Position numbers and translations under genes: made by a program. From the NCBI GenBank assembly GCA_963779615.1, contig CAVZZA010000005.1:480001-544000 (forward strand): a stretch of DNA of 64,000 bases, read 5' to 3'. Every line of letters begins with the position of its first letter. The first letter of the stretch is position 1. The notes below the pieces were generated by a model, which searched no databases, was not told the origin of the DNA, and saw only the letters and a program-made list of their open reading frames with translations. Shown piece by piece: positions 21,476-32,932 of the stretch. The DNA is from an uncultured Nitrososphaeraceae archaeon (GTDB lineage Archaea; Thermoproteota; Nitrososphaeria; Nitrososphaerales; Nitrososphaeraceae).

Positions 21476-23401
21476 TTATGTGTTGCTATCAATTATTGTG
21501 TATTTGTATCCCCTTTCTGTCAGAAAAAGCTGTCTTTTAGATGCATACTCTTGATCTACGGTATCCTTTGAAACAATCGTGTAAAAGTATGCCTGTTTAT
21601 TTGGCTTTTTGGGCCTCAATATCCTTCCAAGCCGTTGGGCTTCTTCCTGCCTTGAGCCAAAAGTACCAGAAACCTGTACGGCAACGTTTGCATCTGGAAG
21701 ATCTATTGCGTAATTTGCTACTTTAGATACAACCAGAAGCTTTATTTCGCCCTTTCTAAACGATGAGTAAAGCCTTTCTCTATCAGAATTAGGAGTTTTT
21801 CCTGTGATAATGGGGGCGTTCATTAATGAAGAGATTTGCGTCAGCTGATCTATGTAATCTCCTATTACAAGGATACTGTCCTCTCCTTCGTGTTCCGAAA
21901 CAAGATGTTTAACAACATCAATCTTTCTTGGATTCTCTGCCGCTGTACGATATTTCATTCTCAAGGGAGAAATGGCGTATTTCATTCTGTAATCATAATC
22001 CATTCCTATTCTAATCTCGTAGCATGCAGCTTCCGCAATCCAACCCTGTCTCTCAAGCTCTTTCCAAGGGGAGTCAAACTTTTTTGGGCCTATCAAAGAA
22101 AAGACATCGTCTTCCATGCTATCTTCTCTTATAAGAGTGGCTGTCAAGCCCAGTCGTCGTTTGGCTTGAATATCGGCTGTTATCCTGAATACAGGTGCAG
22201 GAAGCAAATGAACTTCATCGTATATTATCAAACCCCAATTCTTTGCCTTGAAGATTTCCAAGTGCGGATAAATCTTTTGCTCATGTGTTTCATAGTCATC
22301 ATTACCATCGTTACCGTATTTGTTGTTTGCAGTATTACTCTCGATAATATCCAACTCATCACTTACAATTTCGCTACTGCCACTTATATCGTTCTTTTTT
22401 CCAACCACATTCAAAGCCCCTTTCCCTCTTTTTTTATCCCCGGTCTTGGTGCTACGGTATGTAAGGCACTGATATGTGGTTACAGTAATTGGTCTCAGTT
22501 CTTTCAAATCTCCCGTATACTCGCCTATCATTTTCCTGTCTATGAATGATTTTTCTACAAGTTCTCTTATCCACTGCCTTACGCCTACAGTACTACTCCC
22601 AATGATAAGTGTTTCTTGACAAATTTTTGATATTATATCAATCCCCACAATTGTTTTACCGGCTCCACATGGCATTACAACTACACCGCTTCCACCTCTT
22701 TCAGAGCCGGAGACATAGAATGCCTCTGAGGCGTCATATTGGTAACGCCTAAGGCAGAATTTCTCACCGGTAGAGACAATCCTGTCTCTAAGCTTTATTG
22801 GAAGAGGATCTCCTGTAACATATCCCACTAGATCCTCAACAGGATACCCTATTTTTATTAGGGCATTTTTTATTCTTCCCCTGTACTCAGCATCAATTAA
22901 GAGATTATTAGAATTGAGCTTGTGCAGCACGTACTTGTTAATGCTCTTGTTGTTGTAAATCTCGGTTATCAGTATATCATCGAATGAACTCAGGATAAGC
23001 AGATTGGCATTTGAATAAGGAGAATTTATCAAAGGTGAAGGATCATCAACATTAAATGATTTAACATCATTTCTCCCCTCGTCTGTAATCTTTTCGAGCT
23101 TGAGCTTTCCATACCTTGAGAACCAATCGTGTATGTCTGTTACTATGTTTTGAGGAAGTTGGTACTTGCTGAATGTTGCAAGAACTTCCAAAACTTTTTG
23201 ACTTTTTAATCCAGATGCTGCAGCATTCCATATTGCAATAGGGGTTATCTTGTAGGTATGCACATGTTCTGGAGACCTTATAAGTTCAGCAAACCTTGAA
23301 AGCCAGTCTCTACATTCGGAATAGAAATCACTTTCAACTTCAAGTAGAATGGTACCATCGCCTTGTATAATCATTGGTTTTGAGGGAGTCACATCTGTCA
23401 T
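21476..23401 (-). CDS. xpb: XPB/Ssl2-like SF2 DNA helicase, bacterial type with N-terminal Helicase_C_3 domain
   Basis: IIQGDGTILLEV, SPEHVHTYKITP, Walker A MPCGAGKT, DEVH, LGLTATL and QRLGRILRP. Confidence 0.92.
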   Translation of the reverse strand: MTDVTPSKPMIIQGDGTILLEVESDFYSECRDWLSRFAELIRSPEHVHTYKITPIAIWNAAASGLKSQKVLEVLATFSKYQLPQNIVTDIHDWFSRYGKLKLEKITDEGRNDVKSFNVDDPSPLINSPYSNANLLILSSFDDILITEIYNNKSINKYVLHKLNSNNLLIDAEYRGRIKNALIKIGYPVEDLVGYVTGDPLPIKLRDRIVSTGEKFCLRRYQYDASEAFYVSGSERGGSGVVVMPCGAGKTIVGIDIISKICQETLIIGSSTVGVRQWIRELVEKSFIDRKMIGEYTGDLKELRPITVTTYQCLTYRSTKTGDKKRGKGALNVVGKKNDISGSSEIVSDELDIIESNTANNKYGNDGNDDYETHEQKIYPHLEIFKAKNWGLIIYDEVHLLPAPVFRITADIQAKRRLGLTATLIREDSMEDDVFSLIGPKKFDSPWKELERQGWIAEAACYEIRIGMDYDYRMKYAISPLRMKYRTAAENPRKIDVVKHLVSEHEGEDSILVIGDYIDQLTQISSLMNAPIITGKTPNSDRERLYSSFRKGEIKLLVVSKVANYAIDLPDANVAVQVSGTFGSRQEEAQRLGRILRPKKPNKQAYFYTIVSKDTVDQEYASKRQLFLTERGYKYTIIDSNT

Positions 23402-23634
23402 TATGTAATTATTTTCTCAAGTTTTAAGTTGTTTTGGTTATTATTAACGACGTATGAAGATATGGCAATTATTTGACAGAAGTCCTATGCCTGTTCTAAA
23501 ACTACCGATAGCAAATATACAGGATAGCCACTTGTGAGGATAACATGTTATTTTATAAAAGTTAACCGCTCGTATAATTATATAGCGAGCAACATTTTGT
23601 TTCCAGCATTGCTTTATTTTCTTTTTTAGTATGC

Positions 23635-24792
23635 CTATGTCTTGATAAAGTATCCCAACTTATCGCACCTTGACAAAATATTGGATCTGCTGCCTGGTTT
23701 TATCTCTATTGTGGTTTTTCCTATTTTGGACACAATCTGCTTTCTAATAATAGGATCATTTATCAGACTCTCCGCGACAAGCTCGTCTTTGCAGTCCAAT
23801 ATTTCAATTGTCCTAATCTCTATCTCTCCATATCTTTCCCCCCAAGCCCTTAACTCGTGTTCAACATCCTCCGGAATATCCGATGGAAAAGCAGCGTTGG
23901 CAAGTAAGGAGGTTATCTTTTGCCAGGTATAGTTTCCTGTTCTAAAGGCCCTAACAAGGCTCGTCCTAATTAGCCTAAAGATTTGTACCGGATCGGCATT
24001 AGGGTCAGATTTACTTTGCAAGTCACAGAACTTCCTTAGATGGAATGCAAGAGCCCGGCCTTTTGACGATTGTGATTGCAAAATAACTTCAAAGTTTGAC
24101 GTCACTGTAATTAGGTTATTACTGGCACTTCTGGCCTGTCCTGAATGGTCTACCTGAGCGTTAATGGAAATCGGGGAATGCCCCCATCTTTCAAGCGCTA
24201 CTAACTCTTTCTTGGGGTTATTTGTTTCGATGATTCCCAAAAGGCATAGAGGAAATATGAGCATTGTAGAAAGAAACTCATTGAGGATTTCATTGTAGAT
24301 TAGTACGCCATTGGGTCCATGTACATTTAGGCCATATTCATTTGTGAAAAGTTTTCCTCCTGACCCGATCTCACATTTATCCAATTATGAGTGCAAAAAA
24401 TACCAAATGCCAGGCTTCATCTCGTTCTTTATTTGTTTATAAAGTAGTTGTCTTGATGCAATCTCGTCAGATTTTACTCTTCGCATACCCAGATCAAAAT
24501 CAAATACTTTGGATCTAAACAAAAAAGGAGCGATACCGTTCTTTCCTTGTGCCCACCATTCCAGAAAAGTCTCATTAAGCACCATATCTGATGAGAGCAT
24601 CTTACTTGCATTGGATGACATGACTTCTATTCTTTCTGTGTTTCCTTCCCTACCGCGTGATCTTTCTATCAGCCTTTTGTCATATGCAAAGGCCATAAGC
24701 ATCTCATTAAAATCCTTCCAATCAAAGTAATCTGCGCCGTAAATCTTCTTATAAGCCCGAGATTTGGCCACATGTTGTTTGAATATTGGCAA
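23635..24792 (-). pseudogene. XPB-associated Helicase_C_3-domain protein, split by an in-frame stop at 24385-24387 and probably N-truncated
   Basis: The two ORFs abut in the same frame; the C-terminal part has VTSNFEVI...FRLIRTSLVRA...IPEDVEHELRAWGERYG, homologous to the XPB N-terminal domain. Confidence 0.75.
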
Positions 24793-24967
24793 GATGACAC
24801 CTTTTGAAACTTCGACTTATTCTTCAAGAAGGTGTAGATTAACAAAAAACCATCAATCCATATTTTTTTAACTTGTTTAAATAGAATTAACCTCAGCTGT
24901 TTTGTAATTTTTGGTGTTACATTCATGGTAGTCTTTATAAAAAAGTATATTCAGTATATTATTTATA

Positions 24968-25315
24968 ATGGAATATGAAACCAAAGGAAAAACAATTTTG
25001 AATATGGACCCTGCCGTACGTTTTGTGACAATTCTTGAAACTAAGGAGGATAAAGTGCTCTTTTCTGAGCACAAAACGGGTGCAACAAATTATCTATCAA
25101 AGGAGGAAAGTCAGGAATCTCTTCAATTAGCAATCAATGCATGGAAAACTAGGAGTAAATTAGAATCAAAAATTGGCAAGGGAAAATATGTTCTTGCAGA
25201 ATATGAAAAGATAAAACGGATTACAATGCCCTTGGATGAAAGCCATTTGCTTTATATCACAACTGAGGTTGGGTGTGATGCCCTTAGTCTTGTTGACAAG
25301 ATTAGAAAACTATAA
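24968..25315 (+). CDS. small thaumarchaeal protein (DUF6659/roadblock-like)
   Basis: Shares ESL.LA.N.WKTR.KL..KIGKGKYVLAEYEKIKRITM with 58445..58834. Confidence 0.75.
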   Translation: MEYETKGKTILNMDPAVRFVTILETKEDKVLFSEHKTGATNYLSKEESQESLQLAINAWKTRSKLESKIGKGKYVLAEYEKIKRITMPLDESHLLYITTEVGCDALSLVDKIRKL

Positions 25316-25456
25316 TCTCATTTAATGATACAAAAGTATATTGCGAAACTAGTTTTTTAAAGGATAGCAATAAATTTCCAATTGGGTATAACTCAATTCA
25401 TTTCACAAAATAGTCTAATGGGTTTGAGGCAGTTCTTTATGGTCAGTAGGTTATTT

Positions 25457-25841
25457 TCAACCTGATGCACCGTATGTATCGATATCTGTTGTGCCTGCCC
25501 AGTTATTTTGAGTATTTCCATTGACTGCAATTCTTGCTTACCTAGCACCGGTTTCTGGAAAGTCATGGTTTTTTAGGTGATGTTGATGTTCCACTGCCTT
25601 TACCGCTAAATACATTGGCAAGGGTAGTTCCATTTGTGGAAACAGACATTACAAGGTTATTTTGGCGCTGGTTTCCAGTGTGCCAAGCAATATCCACACT
25701 GGAAACATTATTCTGTGCTCCTAAATCAGGCCTTATCCATGAACCGATACCGTTTCTTGACCACATGGTGCCAAGATTATCATCTATAGCATTTGCATGC
25801 ATATTTATTTGAAGAAGAGGATTGAAGATATACCCATTCAA
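25457..25841 (-). pseudogene. discoidin (F5/8 type C) domain remnant
   Basis: NAIDDNLGTMWS..GIGSWI..DLG...IAW..GNQR, continuing after a frameshift as DFPETGAR*ARIAVNGNTQNNWA. Confidence 0.75.
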
Positions 25842-26018
25842 TTAAAAATTCCAATATTGATATCCATTAATTTTGTATTTAACAGAAAAACATTGATAGA
25901 AAATCCAATTAGGAAAGATAATAATAAAAATAGAATTGTCTTTCATTTTTATCTGGAAGAATATTGTATTCCATTTCAAATTTAGAGGGATTTTTCGAGG
26001 CAGGCATTCTAATAGAAG

Positions 26019-26360
26019 TTACCTTGTTATCTTTGTATCCTCATAAGCATCAGATAATTTATATAATTTATTATCCATTATCTTATGATTCACAAAAATT
26101 TTATATTTTATTTCGCATCCATCCGGCACTGAAATTATAGAATATGCATCATAATTCGCCCCTTGCCTTTTGAAATAATGGATAGGATAATATGGAATTG
26201 TAAACAATCCCTCTTCATTTTCCACGGATTGGCTAAAAGGCAAACTTGACGGTGGATTAGAATTACGACATACTAGTTTTATTATTTTTGACTGTTCCTG
26301 TTTTATTCCCTCACATTTAGGCAATCTTATCCATAAGACATATGAAATATGTACATCCAT
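26019..26360 (-). CDS. hypothetical protein
   Basis: 113-aa ORF with a TATA-like sequence upstream; no motif recognised. Confidence 0.4.
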   Translation of the reverse strand: MDVHISYVLWIRLPKCEGIKQEQSKIIKLVCRNSNPPSSLPFSQSVENEEGLFTIPYYPIHYFKRQGANYDAYSIISVPDGCEIKYKIFVNHKIMDNKLYKLSDAYEDTKITR

Positions 26361-26525
26361 TTCTTTTAATAAACTAATATGTTTTGGATATGGTCAAATA
26401 GTAACTTAAAAATAACAAGATTTGGACCCGTATTTAGGTTACCAAGTCTTTTCGGGCCATGTCAATAAACACCATAAACCATGCACTTAAACCCAAAATA
26501 CAATCCTTAGACCATTATTATTACA

Positions 26526-27827
26526 TTGCATGCTACAAGAAGAATGATTCTGTCCATGGGAATGTTTTTGATAGGTATGCTCATGTTATCCTGCTTTTCT
26601 TATACTGTATTCAATCAACAAAACCAGGCACTAGCTCAACGATACATCCAGACAATAAAATACAGGAATGTGGATATAGATTTGGGTAACGGAGTAAAGA
26701 CCAAAGCTCAATTAACCTTACCTATTATTGGAAAAGGACCATTTCCTGCCGCACTGCTTGTTCCAGGCTCTGGTGCAGTAGACAAGAACGAAACCCTGGC
26801 TAAAAATGCTAAACCGTTTTGGCAGATAGCTCAATACCTATCTGAAAGAGGTTTTGCTGTACTTCGATATGATAAAAGAGGTGTTGGTGAAAATTTTACT
26901 ATTTTGAATCCAAATGTATGGAGAAATGCTACAGCCAATGATCAAATTCAAGATAACAACAAAGCCTTGAATGTTCTTATACAACAACCCGAAGTAGATC
27001 CAAAGAGGATAAGTATAATTGGCCATAGCGAAGGTACGCTTTACGCTCCAAGAGTAGCAATGGATAATTCGACAAAGGTAAAGAACATTATACTTCTGGG
27101 CATCCTAGCTCAGAACCCTTTAAAAGATGTAGAGTACTATCAAGATGTATCCTTACCATTAGAGTATGCTACACAAGTATTGGACAAAAACCACACTGGA
27201 TTGATATCAATACAGCAAATAGCAAATGATCCCTTGTTACTAAAGTTCTTGCCATTGCCACATTCTCTCCTGCTTACTAATAATACCAAAACTATAACTA
27301 CGACATTAGCAAAGGATTTTGGCACGAGTGATTACATAAGCATTGATAAACAACTTAAACCCATTCTGACAGAGAATTATGAAAACATTACTGCATTCAA
27401 CCCGCAAAAATGCAACACCCCTGGAGTATGTCCTGTCTTGTGGAAATCGTTTTCCGATATGACACCAAATGTAAACATCATTGGTAACGTCTCTAAATCT
27501 ACAGGCATCTTGATACTTAATGGAGAAAATGATACTCAAACTCCAGTTCAACAAGCATTTCTCTTACAACAAAAACTTACTGAAGTGAATCACCCTGACC
27601 ATATGTTGATAACATATCCAGATCTAGGACATGTATTCCATCCTTCATCACAATGGTCTACTCAAATTGGACCTATCCAACCTAATGTTTTAGCAGATAT
27701 CTACGCTTGGCTTGAATCTCACTCCGGTCTATCACACTCCTTTGGGCCTACCCCTGCTACCAATCAAATGTCACCAAATACTACTCTGAGTACACCTACT
27801 TACAACTCATCCTCTATCAACAAATGA
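26526..27827 (+). CDS. secreted alpha/beta-fold hydrolase
   Basis: Signal peptide (ALAQ), VPGSG..D, LRYDKRG, nucleophile GHSEG, GENDTQ and DLGH. Confidence 0.9.
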   Translation: MHATRRMILSMGMFLIGMLMLSCFSYTVFNQQNQALAQRYIQTIKYRNVDIDLGNGVKTKAQLTLPIIGKGPFPAALLVPGSGAVDKNETLAKNAKPFWQIAQYLSERGFAVLRYDKRGVGENFTILNPNVWRNATANDQIQDNNKALNVLIQQPEVDPKRISIIGHSEGTLYAPRVAMDNSTKVKNIILLGILAQNPLKDVEYYQDVSLPLEYATQVLDKNHTGLISIQQIANDPLLLKFLPLPHSLLLTNNTKTITTTLAKDFGTSDYISIDKQLKPILTENYENITAFNPQKCNTPGVCPVLWKSFSDMTPNVNIIGNVSKSTGILILNGENDTQTPVQQAFLLQQKLTEVNHPDHMLITYPDLGHVFHPSSQWSTQIGPIQPNVLADIYAWLESHSGLSHSFGPTPATNQMSPNTTLSTPTYNSSSINK

Positions 27828-28743
27828 TGCATTGAATATTTTTATCGTTAAATGCAACTCGAACAGAAAGCTATCTTTATCGTGTTTGCCTTACATCTCA
27901 CAAAGTCCATTGCACTTTTATATTTTTCTAGTTTCAAACTCAAATAATAAAGACAAGGCAGAGGAAACAGCTACAAATCACTAAAGATATTTCATAAAAA
28001 CCGCAACAATAGAAGAAACAACAATCAGACAAGAACAGATATAATTTTTAATCGTTGAGTTTTCTGTTCACAACTTGTCAATTTTCCACAACATAAAAGA
28101 ATTAATATCTGAACCCGTGACATATCTATTGCTAACCATTGGGCCCATGACAAATTTGACTGTTTTTCCCGGGTTCATCAAGATATATGAACACATTGAA
28201 CAGAGAAAAATTAATTAAACAAGAAATCCAAAACTGTTTTTGTCAAATCCACTAAACGATCACGATAGTCTATTTTGATCTGTTTTATATTTTCCTTCTC
28301 GCATTATGAGGGGAAAAAGCGTTAAACACGGGCATAAACATAATCGCCCTCTCCCTCCCTATCCCAAGGTAAATTCTGGATTCGCTTGGGATTCTTGACG
28401 TCAAGTCAATGTCATCAACCACGAGATGAACATCTATAACCCCTGTTCATCAAATTTAACAATGATGCTGTCCACTTTTGTCTTTATGTCATTTGCTCCG
28501 ACAAATCTGCAATTTGTAGAAAATTCATCCCATCACTCACATTGAAATGTTTACCGCATAACCTGATGCAAGGGATTGTAGTGCTAATGCATGCAAGACG
28601 TATAGAACCAGAGCATATCAGTGTTTAAGTATTGACATGCACAGGATTTTGTTGGTCCATCTTTAAACGCAGAAATCAAGCAAGTGTATGATTGCCTGCT
28701 AACGATGATGTTTTTGGGTTGATAAAATGAGATAAGTTATTCC

Positions 28744-29652
28744 TTAATTTTGTTTCATTGGCAAACTAAACCTAAATGTAGATCCCTTTCCATCCTTGTT
28801 GCTCTCTGCCCATATGTGGCCACCATGAGCTTCTACAATGTTTTTGCAAATATACAATCCCAATCCTGTGCCTCCGGTTCCGTCCTTGAATGTAAATTTT
28901 GAGAACAGTTTTGTCAATATTGCGGGGTCTATCCCTTTACCCGAATCCTTTATGCTTATGGTGACTTTTTTTAGGGTGTCACCAACATTACCCATGTCGC
29001 TCGTGATAGTGCTGTTTGTGTCTATGCTTATGGTGACTGCGCCCTCTTTCACAAATCTAACAGCGTTATCAAGAATGTTGGAGACTACCTGCGCTATTCT
29101 TTCCCTATCTCCCTCTATGATGACATCTTTGTCTTTTTCCCTTTCTGCCGTTTTTAGGCTCATGGGATCATAAATGATGTTTACACTTTTGTCCTCATGG
29201 ATAATTTGATTTCTAGCGTCTTCAACAACCTCCAACACTGTCTCTGTCAAGTTGAACTTTTCATTGTTTGGCATCAACATGTCATTATCAATCTTTGAGA
29301 TGTACAGTATATCGGATATCGTCTTTTGGAGTCTTTTTGCATTTCTCATGATGGGTTCCCCATACTCAAACTTTGACTGAGGATTCGAAAGCAGGAGATC
29401 GATAAACCCCAAAATGGATTGGGCTGGTGTTCGCAGCTCATGCGATGCGATCTGGATAAAATCTTTTTGTTTCATGTTGTGGTCCTTTATCTGCTCGTTA
29501 ATTCGCGCAAGTTCCTTGTTCACTGAAGCAAGTTCCTTGTTCACTTTTACGAACCTTTCATTAGTTTTTGCTAGTTCCTCGTTGGCCATCAAAAGGCTAT
29601 AATCGGATTTTGCCAAACCACTTTTTGATTTTTTTATCTCACCTATCTTCAC
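28744..29652 (-). CDS. soluble sensor histidine kinase (coiled coil + HisKA + HATPase_c); frame is open to ~29810, true start likely TTG 29818 with a 1-bp slip in a G4 run
   Basis: ASHELRTP, NILDNAVRF, DSGKGI and GTGLGLYI motifs. Confidence 0.88.
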   Translation of the reverse strand: MKIGEIKKSKSGLAKSDYSLLMANEELAKTNERFVKVNKELASVNKELARINEQIKDHNMKQKDFIQIASHELRTPAQSILGFIDLLLSNPQSKFEYGEPIMRNAKRLQKTISDILYISKIDNDMLMPNNEKFNLTETVLEVVEDARNQIIHEDKSVNIIYDPMSLKTAEREKDKDVIIEGDRERIAQVVSNILDNAVRFVKEGAVTISIDTNSTITSDMGNVGDTLKKVTISIKDSGKGIDPAILTKLFSKFTFKDGTGGTGLGLYICKNIVEAHGGHIWAESNKDGKGSTFRFSLPMKQN

Positions 29653-30112
29653 CTTAAGCTCACTGTTTAAAAGATGGAGAGACTCATTTGCTTCATCTAG
29701 CTCTTGAGTTTTTGCAATTAGCTCTCCAGTCTTTATTGCAAGAAGGTCCTCTGCGGTTAAACCATTTTTGTTATTGTCTTTATTATTTTTGTTAGAGGGG
29801 AACGTTTGGCTTGTTCAAAGAGTATTAAAGATAATGTTTTATAAAGTATAACCAAAATCCCATGGTCATTTAAAATGTTTATCCATTGCTCTCCTTATTT
29901 TAGTCTGGCACGCCATATGCACATGATGTAATGCATTGGCCAAATTGAGGCTGGGGTTGTTCTAATGTCTTTTATATCGAACCCCAAATCGACATGTCAC
30001 CTCTAAAATAAAACAGTTGTTGTTAAAAACACTGATTGCTATAAAGGCATTCAGGTATTTTTAAATACAGCAAACCCAAACCTAAAAACCATATAAGTTG
30101 GCTCTGCTTAAA

Positions 30113-30482
30113 TGCATCTTGATAACAGATGACCATAATGGCGTTGTTAATGTTTTGCATATCGTATTTCGAAAAGATGGAGTAGGGTGCATGGATACTG
30201 ACCCTGTCTTGGCATTGGACTGTAAAAACAGGCCCTAAAAAATTTGCGCTGATAACGACTGATGTGAGAATGCCGGGTATAAACGGATGGAGCTTTTAGT
30301 AAAAATAAGTGACAGGCCCTGATGTTAAGGCGTTTATCGTTACTGCTGCTGATGAGAATACAGTTAAAACCCGAAATCAAAATACATTCATTCCCTTGAG
30401 GTGGAAGTTGAAGAAATAACCCAAAAACCATTCTCACTAAAAGACTTTGCAAAAGGTGTTAAAAACACACCCATATGAATGA
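30113..30482 (+). pseudogene. response-regulator receiver domain remnant
   Basis: Across frameshifts: ILITDDH..., TDPVLAL, LITTDVRMPGI, FIVTA and QKPFSLKDF. Confidence 0.7.
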
Positions 30483-31308
30483 CGTAGGGCAGAAGGAAGA
30501 GAATTAATGCCAGGCTCGAAGCACATGCAAATTCTATTGTGTATATACGCCTGCCCTGGAAAATTAGTTTGTCAAATGACGGCACAATGTAAATTACCAA
30601 ACAAACCACAAATAGCCAAAAGAATGATGTCAAAGGAAGCCAAGAGAAACCTGCAACAATATTCAACACACAAACGAGTTTGCAGAAGACAGCATGACGG
30701 TAATAATACTGATGCAACATTTCAAACGTCAAAACAATCATCATTGCTAAATTTGGCTGGTTTTGATTTCACTTTGGGCATAACCTTTTGGGTTTTTTAT
30801 CCATGATGCCGAATTCACCATGGACACTTCATTTCCATCGAGTCCGGGCATGAGATTCTCCATTTTCTGGAAGGAGGTGCATCTACACTGATTTCCTGGC
30901 TCAGTAAAACCATAAATAAAAACAACACTGCCTGCAACAATCAAAAACACACAGGGAAGCCAACAACCGATTCTGATTTTTAAAAAGTAACCCGGGAACG
31001 CACAACACCTTGACAATGGTAACCAATCCAAATTTTGCAATTACTTTACTGCTTGTTGGTTAATGATTTTAGCATTATATAACCATGCCAAGCATCAGTT
31101 TTTATTTTTGATTCAGACTGACTTAAAACACCAATGTTTGCACGTTCTCTTTATCCCCGTAAGGTACCCACAAGTCCTTCTTTAGGTATCTAAATAATCC
31201 TTGGGAGTGGTGAACTGGCAACATACACTAATGATACCCTAATTGGGGACATCTGACTAAAGTTTGAGAGGGCTGCCAAAATTTTTTGTTTTATTTTTGT
31301 CCTGGCAA

Positions 31309-31372
31309 GCAGCAAAATTGCAACGGACTGGAAAGGGGCTTTTTGCCGATATCAGCATTCTAAACTGGATTC
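31309..31372. repeat. tRNA-3'-core repeat copy 1 (type A, degenerate)
   Basis: GCAGCAAAATTGCAACGGACTGGAAAGGGGCTTTTTGCCGATATCAGCATTCTAAACTGGATTC aligns with copies 2 and 5. Confidence 0.6.
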
Positions 31373-31464
31373 CATGTTTAGAAGCGAATAACATCTAAAG
31401 GTTGAGTGAATTTTGGCCTAAAAAAAGTACAACAACACCAGAGGGGGCAATCACCTTTATTGGC

Positions 31465-31911
31465 TTAAATAAAATCTTTGACTTCCAGGGTGTCAAAGTC
31501 AGTCCAAATATTATTTCCCGTAAACACAAATACCTGAAAATGCAAATGCGGGACATATGTGTAGCCCGTCATGCCAACCCTGGCTATTTCCTGGCCTGCC
31601 CGTACCTGCTGGTCCACCCTTACCATTGCGCTGCCGTATTCGAGGTGGTCGTATCGCGAGTGTTCTCCGTTTGGGTGGGTAATTGCGATAAAGTTGGTGT
31701 AACTCCAGTATGATGGACTGGGGCCACCAACATTGGAATCATCATGGACAAAGGCTACCACCCCATCTGCCGCAGCAAGGACCGGCGTACTTTGTGGAGC
31801 GATTAAATCAACCGCGTTTCTGAGGTTGCCTACATGTGCTGGAGAAGTTCTGTCTATTCTTTGTAGAAGGTTTTTTGATACCGGTAAAATATACTTATTT
31901 CGAGTTTTCAT
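31465..31911 (-). CDS. M23-family (LytM-like) zinc metallopeptidase
   Basis: H...AVDL, TPVLAAADGVV, YDHL and GMTG...PHLHF motifs. Confidence 0.9.
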   Translation of the reverse strand: MKTRNKYILPVSKNLLQRIDRTSPAHVGNLRNAVDLIAPQSTPVLAAADGVVAFVHDDSNVGGPSPSYWSYTNFIAITHPNGEHSRYDHLEYGSAMVRVDQQVRAGQEIARVGMTGYTYVPHLHFQVFVFTGNNIWTDFDTLEVKDFI

Positions 31912-32003
31912 AAAAAATATACGCCACCTTTTACACTAGTTTGTAAAACTACTATAAAGGGGTTGGACAATAATTGGCTGAACCTTTTTGAGGTTCTGGC
32001 TAT

Positions 32004-32639
32004 TTATTGCTTTTTTGCTGTTGTTGTAGTGCTGTAGTCTGTGGATGAGGAGGAGGAAGGTGTAGAGGCGGACACACTGACGCTAGAGTTTGCTGCTGCG
32101 TCTTTGGCTGCCGCTGTCAGGTGTCTTGAGTTTTGCTCAAATGTTTTTGCCGTGTTTACGCCCATGTTTGACAGGTGCTTTGAGTTGTCCTTTGCCTGTT
32201 GCAAAACTGTTTTCCATGAGTCCAGGTTTGAGAATATCACGTTGTTTGTGAGTCTGATTGCTGACACTGTGTTGTCTGCTACATTGCTGACAAACCTTGC
32301 GTATGCCTTGGTTGCTGCGTCAGGGTATGAGAACCTTGTGACTAGCCCGTTAAAGCTTTCGCTGTATGGAGCCCATGCTGATTGGAGTGAGCTGATTATT
32401 TCCTTTTGTGAGTCAATGTACTCCTCTGAAACCTCTTTTGCGGTTTGGAGTGATTGCTCCTGGTAGCTGTTAACGATGTTGTTGATTCGTGGAATCTGGT
32501 TTTTTGACTCGTCTATGGATTTTCTGATGTTGTCTTTGGCCTCGTCAAGTGACCTGTTGACTGACTCTTTGAAATCATTGTTATTGTTGTTATTGTTATA
32601 TGAGTAACTTTCTTGTGTTTCTATTTTCTTTGACATCAC
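32004..32639 (-). CDS. all-helical hypothetical protein (possibly phasin-like)
   Basis: Intact 211-aa amphipathic-helix-rich ORF with a Ser/Thr/Ala tail. Confidence 0.75.
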   Translation of the reverse strand: MMSKKIETQESYSYNNNNNNNDFKESVNRSLDEAKDNIRKSIDESKNQIPRINNIVNSYQEQSLQTAKEVSEEYIDSQKEIISSLQSAWAPYSESFNGLVTRFSYPDAATKAYARFVSNVADNTVSAIRLTNNVIFSNLDSWKTVLQQAKDNSKHLSNMGVNTAKTFEQNSRHLTAAAKDAAANSSVSVSASTPSSSSSTDYSTTTTAKKQ

Positions 32640-32864
32640 TATCTGTTGGTTGGCATCCTATATAAAGACTGGTATTAAACGGTTTTTAATGTCAATAATT
32701 TACAGAAGGGTGGTCAACCGCATGTGCATAGATGTCAGATGGCAGCAGCACCGTAACCTTGACCATGTAAATCATCAGCATAATCTGGACGTCTACTTTT
32801 ATCAATGATAGGCAGAGTTGGTTTTCGGTATTGGATAGCCCCCTTTTGCAAGGCGACAAGATCA

Positions 32865-32932
32865 CAGCCAAAATTACAGTAGCGGCGGGTCCGGAGGGCT
32901 TTGTGCCGATATCGGTCCTTTAAAATAGATTC
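32865..32932. repeat. tRNA-3'-core repeat copy 2 (type A)
   Basis: Core GCGGGTCCGGAGGG (32885-32898) followed by arm CTTTGTGCCGATATCGGTCCTTTAAAATAGATTC. Confidence 0.85.
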
